Source of the DNA: an uncultured Chlamydiae bacterium
GTDB taxonomy: Bacteria > Chlamydiota > Chlamydiia > Chlamydiales > SM23-39
Length of the DNA: 64,000 nt
Assembly (NCBI GenBank): GCA_963828125.1
Contig: CAWHDP010000002.1
Location: 256,539-320,538 of the forward strand
Reading direction: 5' to 3'
Below are positions 37,384-46,714 of the stretch, piece by piece. A program made the position numbers and the translations under genes. The notes under the pieces were generated by a model that was given only the letters and a program-made list of their open reading frames with translations, did no database searches and was not told the DNA's origin. How positions within the stretch are numbered: position 1 is the stretch's first letter; each line of letters starts with the position of its first letter.

Positions 37384-38255
37384 AGTTCACCCGTTGTTTT
37401 AAAATGGGTCTTAGCCACTTTTTCGAGAGACTCCCTTCCAAATTTGGCGATGAACGTTTGGGCCGCCGCCTTGACTTGGGCGCTTGCCCCTTTCGGGATC
37501 TCCATCCCATACTCTTCGCTGAGCGATTGCATCCCGTCCAAAAAGGCGCCTCTTGCTAAAATGGAGGCGGCCGCGACTACGAGATCTTCTTCGCCCCGCA
37601 CCTTTTGTTGGAGCTCGACCTCGATCTTTTTCTGTTTGAGGGCGGTTTCCATGACATGCTTTTCGGCAAATTGGTCGAGGAGCGCTTTTTTACAGCCGGT
37701 TTTCAGAGAAAGATCGGCGAGGGCTGCCGCGTGGGCCCAGCCGAGGAGCCGATTGAGGTTCTTAAACCTCCGATACAGCTCGTTATACTTCAAGGGGAAT
37801 AACCGGATGACCGTGTAGGGGAAATGAGTCCGGAGCGTTTGAGCGAGCTTTAAAATTCCCGCATCGGAAATCCGCTTGCTGTCTTTGACTCCCATGTGGA
37901 GCATCTCCTTGATCCCATCGCCGCCGGCGTAGATCGCAGCGACGCACAGCGGGCCAAAAAAATCGCCCTTGCCCGCCTCGTCCATGCCGATGCGGGGCTC
38001 CAGATCGATCCCTGCTTCGGGATGGGAATAGGTAAAGGTTTGCAAAATTTCCGGCTCAAGGTAAAACTCCATGAACTCTTTCATCTCTTTCCCTTGGACA
38101 GTCAAACTCCCCGATTCGTAGAGAGTACAGGAGACCCCCTTTTTCTTCGCGGAGAAGACTGTGTAGGGGGGCTTAGAGAGTTCGAATCCCTGATTTTTGA
38201 GGTCTTCTTCTAACTTCGATGCGAATTTTAGATCGATCTTTGTCGTAAAAGTCAT
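37380..38255 (-). CDS. rnhC: ribonuclease HIII
   Basis: DEAGKGDFFGPLCVAA catalytic motif and an RNase HIII-type N-terminal domain. The track ORF extends to a GTG at 38288. The ATG at 38255 is preferred by comparison with typical N-termini. Confidence 0.8.
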   Translation of the reverse strand: MTFTTKIDLKFASKLEEDLKNQGFELSKPPYTVFSAKKKGVSCTLYESGSLTVQGKEMKEFMEFYLEPEILQTFTYSHPEAGIDLEPRIGMDEAGKGDFFGPLCVAAIYAGGDGIKEMLHMGVKDSKRISDAGILKLAQTLRTHFPYTVIRLFPLKYNELYRRFKNLNRLLGWAHAAALADLSLKTGCKKALLDQFAEKHVMETALKQKKIEVELQQKVRGEEDLVVAAASILARGAFLDGMQSLSEEYGMEIPKGASAQVKAAAQTFIAKFGRESLEKVAKTHFKTTGEL

Positions 38256-38327
38256 GCCTCCAGTATAAGACGTTTGACGGAATTGCACAAGGTGTTAACA
38301 TACGTGGACTATGTGGAGGAGTACTAC

Positions 38328-38735
38328 ATGTCTGAGGGGTTAAAAAAGATGGGCGAGAAGTTCCGCTCAAAGAGAGAGGAGATGAGCCTTTCTCTCAAAG
38401 AGGTCGAAAATGCGACCTCTATCCGCATCGTCTATCTGCAAGCGATTGAGGAGGGGAGGGTCGATCATTTTTTGTCGAATGTCTACGCGCTCGGATTCAT
38501 CCGTCAGTACGGCAATTTCTTGAGGCTCGATCACGATAAGCTTGCCAAAGAGTTTCCCGAAGCCATGCGCCTCCCCCCGGAAAAACAAGATTTCGCCTAC
38601 GGGATCGGCACATTGGAGATGCGAGGCGCTCCTCATGGAGGAGTCCGTTGGATTCCCAATTTGATCTGGGGGGCTGTTTTTATCTTTATTGTTATTTGCG
38701 CGTGGTATTTTGCAAAATTTGTTGGCCTTTTTTAA
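38328..38735 (+). CDS. rodZ: RodZ-like helix-turn-helix membrane protein
   Basis: XRE-type HTH (LSLKEVENATSIRIVYLQAIEEG) and a single C-terminal TM (IWGAVFIFIVICAWYFAKFV). The start could be the TTG at 38274. Confidence 0.6.
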   Translation: MSEGLKKMGEKFRSKREEMSLSLKEVENATSIRIVYLQAIEEGRVDHFLSNVYALGFIRQYGNFLRLDHDKLAKEFPEAMRLPPEKQDFAYGIGTLEMRGAPHGGVRWIPNLIWGAVFIFIVICAWYFAKFVGLF

Positions 38736-38759
38736 TTCCAGCATATATCGTGTGGATCT

Positions 38760-40526
38760 ATGGAGCAGCTGGGTGATTACATCGTACAAAAAAAATTGGG
38801 CGAAGGCCCTTTTGGCGACGTCTATCTGGCCGAACACCGTTTTATTAAAAAAGTTTTTGCGTTAAAGGTTCTCCCCGAAGAGATCTCTTCTCATCCGCTT
38901 TTCATGCGGAGATTCGAGGCGGAGGTGGCTGAAATCGCAGCGCTCGATCACCCGAATATCGGCAAAATCCACAACGTCTCTTCGGCAGAGGGCCGTTTTT
39001 TTCTCGTCGCCGATCCGCATGTCGACTCTCTCGGCGAAACGATGCACTTAGAACGGTATCTCGATCTCAAGGGGCGCTCGCTCAGTGAAGGGGATTGGAT
39101 CGATCTTTTGACCCAGGCGGCGTCAGCTATCGATTACGCTCATGAGGCAGGTTTGATCCATGGAGGCATTAAGCTGACCAATGTCCTCGTCGCTCCCACG
39201 GAGAGCGGGATCCGGCTCCTCCTTTCCGACTTCGGCCTGATCCGCCTCATAGGCGAAAAACTCTCCCTCACTCGCCTCGCCTTGCAACTGGCCAAAGGAT
39301 TTCCAGCGACCCGTTTTGTCCGCTCCTACGGGTTTCTCGCGCCGGAACAAAAAATGGCCGAACCGGAATTGACGCCCAAAACCGATACGTACGCTTTCGG
39401 GATTCTCGCCTACTATATCCTTTTCCGGAAAATCCCCGAAGGCTGTTTCGAGATCCCCTCCCGCTCCCTCCTGAACGCCGAACAGAATTGGGATCTCCTC
39501 ATCAATCAGTGCTTGCAGCCCCATCCAAACAGCCGCCCTGAAAAACTCCTCCAAGCCTTGAAAGAGTGTCTCCCGTCCCCTAAAGCCATTTTGAAAGAGA
39601 TGCACCGTCTCGCGGAGATGGAACCTAAAGAAGAAAATATCCTCCAAATGGCGTTCGAATTAGAAGAGGGGCCTATCCTCAAGCCGGTACTCCGGCCACA
39701 GGAGATCGCCCGCCCTGAATATGAATCTGACCCCGCCGCTGTATTCCAGAGAGACACCCATGTTTCCCACTACACGCCGAGCAAAGTCGAAGTGAGCGAA
39801 ATTGAACCCCTTTTGACCGAAATGGTCGTGATTCCGGGGGGGACTTATTTCCGCGGCAGTTCCGAGGGGGCTCGCGACGAGATGCCGCGCCATGCGGTCA
39901 GACTTCCCAGTTTCGCCCTCGATATCCACCCTGTCACGAATGACCAGTTCCTCCGCTTTGTTCAAGCGATGGGCGGCGAAAAGGACCACAATAACAACGA
40001 TATCATCCGTCTCCGCGATGCGAGGATCAAACGGTCCAATGGAAAGCTCATCATCGAGTCGGGTTACGCCAAGCACCCGGTTGTCGGGGTCACCTGGTAT
40101 GGAGCTGTCGCTTATGCCAAATGGATCGGCAAGCGGCTCCCGACAGAGGCCGAATGGGAAGCTGCCGCTGCAGCGGGGAGGGATACGCTCTATCCGACCG
40201 GCGCGGAAATCGAGCGGATGCAGGCCAACTTTTTTAGCTCCGATACCACCCCAATCCTCAGCTATCCGCCCAATCCGTTCGGCCTCTATGATATGGCGGG
40301 CAATGTCTACGAGTGGTGCCAAGATTGGTACGCCTACAATTACTATGATGCGTCGGCCGTTGAACCGGATCACCCGCTTGGACCGCCGCAGGGCGTCTAT
40401 CGGGTCTTGCGCGGCGGCTGCTGGAAGAGTCTTAAAGAAGATCTCCGCACCTCCCACCGCCACCGAAATAACCCAGGCGCCGTCAACGGCACTTATGGTT
40501 TTCGCTGCGCTACCGATGTTTCTTGA
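38760..40526 (+). CDS. pkn1: serine/threonine protein kinase fused to an FGE-sulfatase (SUMF1-like) domain
   Basis: The kinase N-lobe has GEGPFGDVY and an invariant-Lys context (FALKVL). The C-terminal half has FGE-family motifs (HPVVGVTWYGAVAYAKWIGKRLPTEAEWE, GNVYEWCQDWY, RVLRGGCW, GFRC). Confidence 0.8.
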   Translation: MEQLGDYIVQKKLGEGPFGDVYLAEHRFIKKVFALKVLPEEISSHPLFMRRFEAEVAEIAALDHPNIGKIHNVSSAEGRFFLVADPHVDSLGETMHLERYLDLKGRSLSEGDWIDLLTQAASAIDYAHEAGLIHGGIKLTNVLVAPTESGIRLLLSDFGLIRLIGEKLSLTRLALQLAKGFPATRFVRSYGFLAPEQKMAEPELTPKTDTYAFGILAYYILFRKIPEGCFEIPSRSLLNAEQNWDLLINQCLQPHPNSRPEKLLQALKECLPSPKAILKEMHRLAEMEPKEENILQMAFELEEGPILKPVLRPQEIARPEYESDPAAVFQRDTHVSHYTPSKVEVSEIEPLLTEMVVIPGGTYFRGSSEGARDEMPRHAVRLPSFALDIHPVTNDQFLRFVQAMGGEKDHNNNDIIRLRDARIKRSNGKLIIESGYAKHPVVGVTWYGAVAYAKWIGKRLPTEAEWEAAAAAGRDTLYPTGAEIERMQANFFSSDTTPILSYPPNPFGLYDMAGNVYEWCQDWYAYNYYDASAVEPDHPLGPPQGVYRVLRGGCWKSLKEDLRTSHRHRNNPGAVNGTYGFRCATDVS

Positions 40527-41484
40527 AGAGAGAAAGGGCAAATTCTAAATACGATTTGGGGTCCGGAGCCTCGTAGGCTAGAACCCCCTTTCTCGCCTCT
40601 AAAAGGGCAGGAGTCGCCCGAAATAAGAAACTCATCAGCTGTTTGACCTTGCCCAGCTTGATTTTCATTGGCGTCTCTTCGGGGATCTCCCGTAAATAAA
40701 CCTCATAGAAACGGAGGAGATCTTCCCATGTAGGGACAAACTGAGATCCGGCAAAATGGGCCTTGATCTTTTGAAAAATAAACGGATCCATCAGGCTCCC
40801 CCTCCCAATCATCAATGCATCGCACCCTGTCTCCTTAAGCATTCTGATCGCATCCTCGACATTGAATATATCCCCATTGCCCACTACCGGAATTTTTAAG
40901 AGCGATTTGGCCTCCGCGATCAGATCCCAACGCGCTGGCGGACCGTAGCCGTCGACCTTGGTTCGGGGATGGAGCGTCAAGAACGCAATTCCGCTCTCCT
41001 CTGCCGCGAACAAATTCTCTTTGAAGAGCGACGTATCGAGAAATCCTGAGCGCATTTTCACTGTCACGGGGACCTTGACCGCTTGGACCATCGCCCTGGC
41101 CACTTCGTGGAGTAAATCGGGCTCTTTCAGAAGACTTGAACCGGCCCCACGCCCCGTCACGGTATTGGAGGGACAGCCGCAGTTCAGATCGATCCGCGGG
41201 GCCTTGCGCGCTTCAATCTCGCGCGCCATATCGGCCATGAGAGAACTCTCCCCGCCCATAATCTGAGCGGCTAAGGGGATCGGGGCCGTTTCGTCAAAAT
41301 CGTAGACTTTCGCCAAACTTTGGACGTGGCCGCAGTTCGGCACACGAATGAAATCGGTCACCGCCTCATCGAAGCCGCCGACAGAGGCCATCGCTTTGCG
41401 GAAAACACGGTCGCCGACCCCTTCCATGGGGGCTAAAATCAGCCAAGGGCAGCCATGTCGATTTTCGGGACGGTATAGGTTCAT
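40510..41484 (-). CDS. dus: tRNA-dihydrouridine synthase
   Basis: LAPMEGVGD, IDLNCGCP and a TIM-barrel Dus pattern. Confidence 0.85.
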   Translation of the reverse strand: MNLYRPENRHGCPWLILAPMEGVGDRVFRKAMASVGGFDEAVTDFIRVPNCGHVQSLAKVYDFDETAPIPLAAQIMGGESSLMADMAREIEARKAPRIDLNCGCPSNTVTGRGAGSSLLKEPDLLHEVARAMVQAVKVPVTVKMRSGFLDTSLFKENLFAAEESGIAFLTLHPRTKVDGYGPPARWDLIAEAKSLLKIPVVGNGDIFNVEDAIRMLKETGCDALMIGRGSLMDPFIFQKIKAHFAGSQFVPTWEDLLRFYEVYLREIPEETPMKIKLGKVKQLMSFLFRATPALLEARKGVLAYEAPDPKSYLEFALSLFKKHR

Positions 41485-41569
41485 AGAGAAGAGACTATAT
41501 CAGAGAAGGAGCTGTAATGCGCTCTTTTTTTTGTTTGCGGTAAATAAATATTTTGTTTACCATGTCTGC

Positions 41570-42250
41570 ATGAACTCAATTAAACCGAAAGCGCCAAGCG
41601 CCCCCAGCACTCCAAGAGGCTTTGAATCGCCGGTTCAAAGGGAATGGACTCAGGAAGAAGAGGAGAAGATGCTGCCCAAGAATCTTCACAGCTTGCCCCA
41701 TCTAAATCCCTTTTTCGATATTCCCTCTGCTATCGAATATTTAAGACCACCCCCACTCAGAATGAGCTACTTTCATTCGCATCAAGGCGAAGAAATTGAG
41801 AAGAAAAGGGTTGAGAAACTCGCAGTCATCGATCAAGCTGTTTCCGAATTGCAGTCTAGACAAGATCGGTCCTTTATCGGAATATTTCACAGTTTGGCCA
41901 AAAATTACTTAAAGGAACGCCGAAAAATCGTGCTCTCAGCTAGCAAACAGATCGTTGTTTTGACTTCCCCTAGGGCTTCGAACAAAAAATCTTTGCTCCA
42001 TCAGCCCTCTACTCCTAGACCCAGTGTGAAAGCTGTCGAATGCAGCGTGGTTCACGATATCTTTCAGCAAGAGAACAATGACAGCGAGTATCTCGAGAGC
42101 TTTCACACGCAATCATTGCTATACCTGGCAAGGATCGCCGAGGTCCAGGCCGAGGAGACAGCCCGTAGAAAGGCTGCTCCCCCACCCAAGATCAACGCGG
42201 TGGCCGAGGCTGCGGCCCAGCGACTAAAAAAAACAGTGAAAAAAAACTGA
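41570..42250 (+). CDS. hypothetical protein
   Basis: 226 aa from the first ATG that does not overlap dus. No family recognised. Confidence 0.4.
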   Translation: MNSIKPKAPSAPSTPRGFESPVQREWTQEEEEKMLPKNLHSLPHLNPFFDIPSAIEYLRPPPLRMSYFHSHQGEEIEKKRVEKLAVIDQAVSELQSRQDRSFIGIFHSLAKNYLKERRKIVLSASKQIVVLTSPRASNKKSLLHQPSTPRPSVKAVECSVVHDIFQQENNDSEYLESFHTQSLLYLARIAEVQAEETARRKAAPPPKINAVAEAAAQRLKKTVKKN

Positions 42251-42339
42251 GAGTCTGTATAATGGCTCTTTTACTCCTCTACAGGATTCGTTTTTCCTGC
42301 AAAAGGGGTAAAAAGTAACCACAAGCATATGAGGAATTT

Positions 42340-42546
42340 CTGGCAAAGTCTAAAGGAACAATTAAATTTTTTAACGCTCAAAAAGGTTTCGGATTCATCA
42401 CGCCTGACAACGGCGGCAAAGATCTCTTTGTCCACGCGAACAACGTGAATGGCGATCCTAAATCTTTACGTGAAGGACAAAAAGTCGAGTTCGTTGAAGG
42501 ACCCGGACGCAAAGGCCCAGAAGCTACTGAAGTACACATCCTTTAG
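42340..42546 (+). CDS. csp: cold-shock domain protein (CspA family); not in the supplied ORF track
   Basis: Translation (M)AKSKGTIKFFNAQKGFGFITPDNGGKDLFVHANNV...EVHIL carries RNP1 (KGFGFI) and RNP2 (VFVH-like). There is no in-frame ATG, GTG or TTG. CTG at 42340 lies 4 nt after GAGGA. Confidence 0.8.
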   Translation: MAKSKGTIKFFNAQKGFGFITPDNGGKDLFVHANNVNGDPKSLREGQKVEFVEGPGRKGPEATEVHIL

Positions 42547-42578
42547 TACCCTTCTTCGCCAACAAAGAGAGATCCCTT

Positions 42579-42605
42579 TCCCTCCAGGAGAGGGACTATT
42601 TTTTT
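42579..42605 (+). terminator. possible intrinsic terminator after csp
   Basis: TCCCTC-cagga-GAGGGA followed by CTATTTTTTT. Abuts the ispH ATG. Confidence 0.45.
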
Positions 42606-43529
42606 ATGAAATTACTTCTTTCTAAACCTAGAGGTTTTTGCGCTGGCGTAGAGCGGGCGATCGATACGGTCAAAAAGGCGCTTGAGCTTTGGGGGCCTCC
42701 GATCTATGTGAAGCACGAAATCGTCCACAATCGGCACGTGATTGCCGAGTTGAGGGAGATGGGCGCCCTTTTTATTGAAAATTTTGATGAGGTTCCGGAA
42801 GGGGCTAGAATCATCTATTCTGCTCACGGAATTCCGCCATGTGTTCGTGAAGAGGCCAAAAAACGGAAGTTGATCGAGATCGATGCAACGTGCGGTTTAG
42901 TCACAAAGGTCCATTCTGCGGTGAAGAGGTTTGCAGAGAGGGGATATCGGGTCATTTTGATCGGGCATAAAAACCACGTGGAAACGATCGGCACAGCAGG
43001 GGAAGCCCCTATGGCGACGACGGTTGTCGAAACGGTCGGGGAGGTCGGCGGACTCCCCTTTGGCTCTGAAGAAAAATTGGCCTATCTCACTCAGACGACT
43101 TTGAGCCTCGACGATGTGAAAGAGATCGCAGAGGCTCTCATCCAAAGATATCCGCGCATTGAAACGTTGCCCAGTTCCTCGATTTGCTATGCCACGACTA
43201 ATCGGCAAATGGCTTTGAGGGAGATCACGGCGGAGGCTGATGTGGTATTGGTGGTCGGCGATCCGAAGAGTTCGAATTCCAACCGACTCTGCGAAGTGGC
43301 TGAGAAGCGGGGATGCAAGGCCTTTTTGATCAATAGCGAAAGCGAAATTCTCCCGGCATGGTTCGCAGGGGTTGAAGTGATCGCGATGACCGCAGGGGCG
43401 TCGACGCCCGAAAGGATTGTCCAAGCCTGTATTGACCGGTTGAAAAGATTGGGGGTCATGACCGTCGAAGAGACCGTCTATATTCAGGAGGAGGTTTTTT
43501 TTCAGTTGCCAAAACAGGTGCTAGTCTAA
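42606..43529 (+). CDS. ispH: 4-hydroxy-3-methylbut-2-enyl diphosphate reductase
   Basis: PRGFCAGVERAI, HEIVHN and a LytB family layout. Confidence 0.9.
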   Translation: MKLLLSKPRGFCAGVERAIDTVKKALELWGPPIYVKHEIVHNRHVIAELREMGALFIENFDEVPEGARIIYSAHGIPPCVREEAKKRKLIEIDATCGLVTKVHSAVKRFAERGYRVILIGHKNHVETIGTAGEAPMATTVVETVGEVGGLPFGSEEKLAYLTQTTLSLDDVKEIAEALIQRYPRIETLPSSSICYATTNRQMALREITAEADVVLVVGDPKSSNSNRLCEVAEKRGCKAFLINSESEILPAWFAGVEVIAMTAGASTPERIVQACIDRLKRLGVMTVEETVYIQEEVFFQLPKQVLV

Positions 43530-43541
43530 TACCTTGAGGGG

Positions 43542-45404
43542 ATGAGCGATCCCATTGAACGAGTTGTCCACCTCGAAAAGAAAAGTCTGAAGCGGGTCTT
43601 AGGCGCCCCCGAACTATTTGCCGTCGGTTATGGCGACGTCGGCTCTTCCATCTATTACGCGCTCGGATTGACCGCCCTCTACGCCTTAGGCGCCACACCC
43701 ATCGCTTTGGCCATCGCCGGTTTTGTCTTTATTTGCACCTGCTTGACCTATGCCGAGATGTCGACTACCTTTCCAGAGCCCGGAGGTTCAGCCACCTTCT
43801 CCCGTTACGCCTTCAACGATCTCGTCTCTTTTATTGCAGGATGGGGACTCCTCCTCGATTATATTGTGACGATTGCGATTTCAGCCTTTGCCATTCCGCC
43901 CTATGTCAAATATCTCATCCCCTTCACAAACACCGTCTTTGTCCAGATCACGACGACCATCGCCATCATTATTTTCCTCTACATTCTGAATCTTATTGGC
44001 ATGAAGCAATCGGGTAGATTCAGCCTCCTCCTAGCGATTGTGACCATCCTTTCTCAAGCTCTGATTGTGATAACCGCTGCCCTTTTACTGCTGAACCTCC
44101 CCTATATTATCAGCCATCTCCGCATTGGCGTTCTTGGCGTAGATTGGTCCCCCACTTGGGGGGGATTTTTAAAAGGGACTGCCATGGCGATGGTCGCCTA
44201 TACGGGGATTGAATCGATTGCGCAACTCGCGGCGGAAACCAAAAAACCGTCGATCGCTATTCCGAGCGCCATTAAATGGACCATGTATACCTTAGTCCTT
44301 CTCTATCTATTTATCTCCATGGTCGGCCTTTCTGTCGTCAGCCCGCAAGAGCTTGGAACCACCTATATCGACGATCCGATCGCTGGGATTATCGTCAACC
44401 TCCCTTTTGGCGGACGGTGGCTCGCCCCTTGGTTTGGCCTCATTGCGGGGATGATCTTGCTCATTGCCGCCAACGCAGGGCTTATTGGAGCCTCTCGCCT
44501 GACCTTTTCGATGGGTGAATATTATCAAGTGCCCCATTTTTTTTATCGGATGCATCCCCGTTTCCGCACCCCATACATCTCTCTAGCCGCCTTCGCTTTT
44601 TTTGCTTGTCTGATCGTCATATTGAGCAAAGGGGAGATCCTGTTTCTGGCCGACCTGTATAACTTTGGCGCCCAGATCGCCTTTTTCTTTGCCCACATCT
44701 CGCTCCTTGTCCTCCGTATCAAGAAGCCGACCCTCCAGCGCCCCTTTAGAGCCCCCTTCAACATCCCCCTTGGCCGCAACCGCTCGATTCCGCTCACTGC
44801 GGTCTTTGGCGCAATTGCGACTCTATGTGTTTGGCTCATCGTCATTATCACAAAGCCTCAGGGTCGAAATCTCGGATTTATTTGGCTGGCTGTCGGCGTT
44901 GCGATGTATCTGTATTACCGGCGAAAAAAGCAGATGACCTCGATGGGTCAGTTGTCGATCGAAAAGATCAAGATTCCAGAATATCATCCGATGCATCTCA
45001 AACATATCCTTGTCACGGCCCGTGTTTTGGGCAACACAGAGGCGATCCAAACGGCTTGCGAGCTCGCCTCGAGTTTTGGCGCCAAACTCACTGCTGTCCA
45101 TGTCCTTGAAATGCCCGCCTCGCTCCCCATGCATGCCCCGATGCTGAAGAGAGAGGAGCTCGGCGAGGCGGCCCTAAAAAGGGCTGAGGCTGTCGCCCGC
45201 GAGTACAATTTATCGATCGATCTAAAGCTCATCCGGGCCCGAACGGTCGAAGGGGCTATTTTAGATCTCATTACCCACGGCGATTATGACATGGTGGTTG
45301 TGGGAGCCAGGAAGGACGAATTGAAAGAAAAAGAGCCCTTCGCAGTCGAGGTGGAAAGGCTTCTCAAAACGGCCCCGTGTCGTGTTTTGTATTGTAAATC
45401 TTAA
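43542..45404 (+). CDS. APC family amino acid permease fused to a C-terminal universal stress protein (Usp)-like domain
   Basis: The N-terminal region of about 470 aa is polytopic (FAVGYGDVGSSIYYALG). The C-terminal region of about 140 aa is Usp-like (ILVTARVLGNTEAIQ...AVHVLE...MVVVGAR...VLYC). Confidence 0.75.
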   Translation: MSDPIERVVHLEKKSLKRVLGAPELFAVGYGDVGSSIYYALGLTALYALGATPIALAIAGFVFICTCLTYAEMSTTFPEPGGSATFSRYAFNDLVSFIAGWGLLLDYIVTIAISAFAIPPYVKYLIPFTNTVFVQITTTIAIIIFLYILNLIGMKQSGRFSLLLAIVTILSQALIVITAALLLLNLPYIISHLRIGVLGVDWSPTWGGFLKGTAMAMVAYTGIESIAQLAAETKKPSIAIPSAIKWTMYTLVLLYLFISMVGLSVVSPQELGTTYIDDPIAGIIVNLPFGGRWLAPWFGLIAGMILLIAANAGLIGASRLTFSMGEYYQVPHFFYRMHPRFRTPYISLAAFAFFACLIVILSKGEILFLADLYNFGAQIAFFFAHISLLVLRIKKPTLQRPFRAPFNIPLGRNRSIPLTAVFGAIATLCVWLIVIITKPQGRNLGFIWLAVGVAMYLYYRRKKQMTSMGQLSIEKIKIPEYHPMHLKHILVTARVLGNTEAIQTACELASSFGAKLTAVHVLEMPASLPMHAPMLKREELGEAALKRAEAVAREYNLSIDLKLIRARTVEGAILDLITHGDYDMVVVGARKDELKEKEPFAVEVERLLKTAPCRVLYCKS

Positions 45405-45428
45405 CATAAATAGCCAAAATAGGGGGAA

Positions 45429-45812
45429 ATGAACGTAAATGTCCCTCTTGCTCTGACCCCGGTTCCTGAAGGATTGAACCCCCCCTTCTCCGAATTACAG
45501 ATCCGCCGTTTGGACGTGATTCATGGTACAAAAGAGGGTCAGGCGGCGAGGCCTCCCACGGAGATGATGTGGATAGAGTTGATATTCAATGAAGCGAATA
45601 AAATAGATCGATTTGTGAATACATTTGGAACTACATTGTCACAATATGGAAAATTAATGCAATTAACGCAATGGGGAGAGAAAGGTTGTCTTCGTATTTC
45701 TTGTGCAGTTGGACCTAAGCTGGATGATTTGTTTGACTATTTATCCATGCAGTTTCCGTCGCTCTATCCAGTTTTGCGCCCCCAACGCCGGCCCCTTCTT
45801 AAATTTTTATGA
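45429..45812 (+). CDS. hypothetical protein
   Basis: 127-aa ORF whose stop overlaps the oppD start (ATGA). No family recognised. Confidence 0.4.
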   Translation: MNVNVPLALTPVPEGLNPPFSELQIRRLDVIHGTKEGQAARPPTEMMWIELIFNEANKIDRFVNTFGTTLSQYGKLMQLTQWGEKGCLRISCAVGPKLDDLFDYLSMQFPSLYPVLRPQRRPLLKFL

Positions 45813-46714
45813 AACAGCTCCTCACCGTCGAACATCTCACCGTTTCCTTCTCTGCTCAAGGGCAAAAAAGAGAGGCTGTCAGAGACATCAGTTTTACCGT
45901 TGGCCAGGGTGAGGCGGTCGGCATTGTCGGCGAATCGGGCTGCGGCAAAACCGCTGCGGTTCAAGCCATCAACGGCCTTACGCGAGCGATCGTCTCTGGC
46001 AAAATCCTATTCGACGGTCAAGAGTCGATCCAACCCGGCAAAGACATCGGCATGGTCTTCCAAGATCCGATGACCGCTCTCAACCCAACTATGAAAATCG
46101 GCGCCCAAATCTCGGAGGGTCTCCTCTATCATAAAATGGCCACGTGGAAGGAGGCTCAGGGCAAAGCGATTGAGCTTTTGAATTTGGTAGGGGTCTCTGA
46201 TCCAGAATCGAGGATCCGCCAGTACCCTCACCAGTTCAGCGGCGGGATGAGACAGCGGGTCTTGATCGCGATCGCCCTGGCCTGCAATCCCCGTCTCCTC
46301 ATCGCCGATGAGCCGACGACAGCGCTTGATGTGACGATCCAAGCCCAAATTTTAGAGCTGATTCAACGGATGCGACAACACTTCCAGATGAGCCTTCTTT
46401 TAATCAGCCATGATTTCGGCGTGATCGGGGCTATCTGCGAGCGGGTTCTTGTCATGTATGCCGGGAAAATTGTCGAAAGCGGCTCGGTGGCCGAGGTTCT
46501 CCAATCACCGCGCCATCCCTACACGCAAATGCTCCTCAATTCCCTTCCCCGCTTAGACCGGCCCAAATCAAAGCCGCTGACGGCGATCGGCGGATCGCCC
46601 CCCAATTTGCTCGCCTTGCCCAAAGGGTGCGCTTTCAAAGAGCGGTGCCCTTTTGCCGCTATCAAGTGCGGAAGTGAGCCGCCGGGCCCCGTCGCCTGTT
46701 GGAGGGTTCAGTGA
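45809..46714 (+). CDS. oppD: oligopeptide ABC transporter ATP-binding protein
   Basis: Walker A GESGCGKT, signature FSGGMRQR, Walker [13 protein letters not shown], and an oligopeptide-type C-terminal extension. Confidence 0.85.
   Translation: MKQLLTVEHLTVSFSAQGQKREAVRDISFTVGQGEAVGIVGESGCGKTAAVQAINGLTRAIVSGKILFDGQESIQPGKDIGMVFQDPMTALNPTMKIGAQISEGLLYHKMATWKEAQGKAIELLNLVGVSDPESRIRQYPHQFSGGMRQRVLIAIALACNPRLLIADEPTTALDVTIQAQILELIQRMRQHFQMSLLLISHDFGVIGAICERVLVMYAGKIVESGSVAEVLQSPRHPYTQMLLNSLPRLDRPKSKPLTAIGGSPPNLLALPKGCAFKERCPFAAIKCGSEPPGPVACWRVQ

Noticed and set aside
38165-38195. tRNA T-arm-like string GAGTTCGAATCCC
   Set aside because: The flanking bases cannot form a T-stem or acceptor stem, and it lies inside the rnhC coding sequence. 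I found no cloverleaf candidate in any intergenic region.
39660-40541. 293-aa ORF antisense to the kinase-FGE gene (plus a 218-aa alternative-frame ORF at 39892-40548)
   Set aside because: No family motifs are present. It fully overlaps a gene with strong kinase and FGE motifs, so it is a shadow ORF of a GC-rich region.
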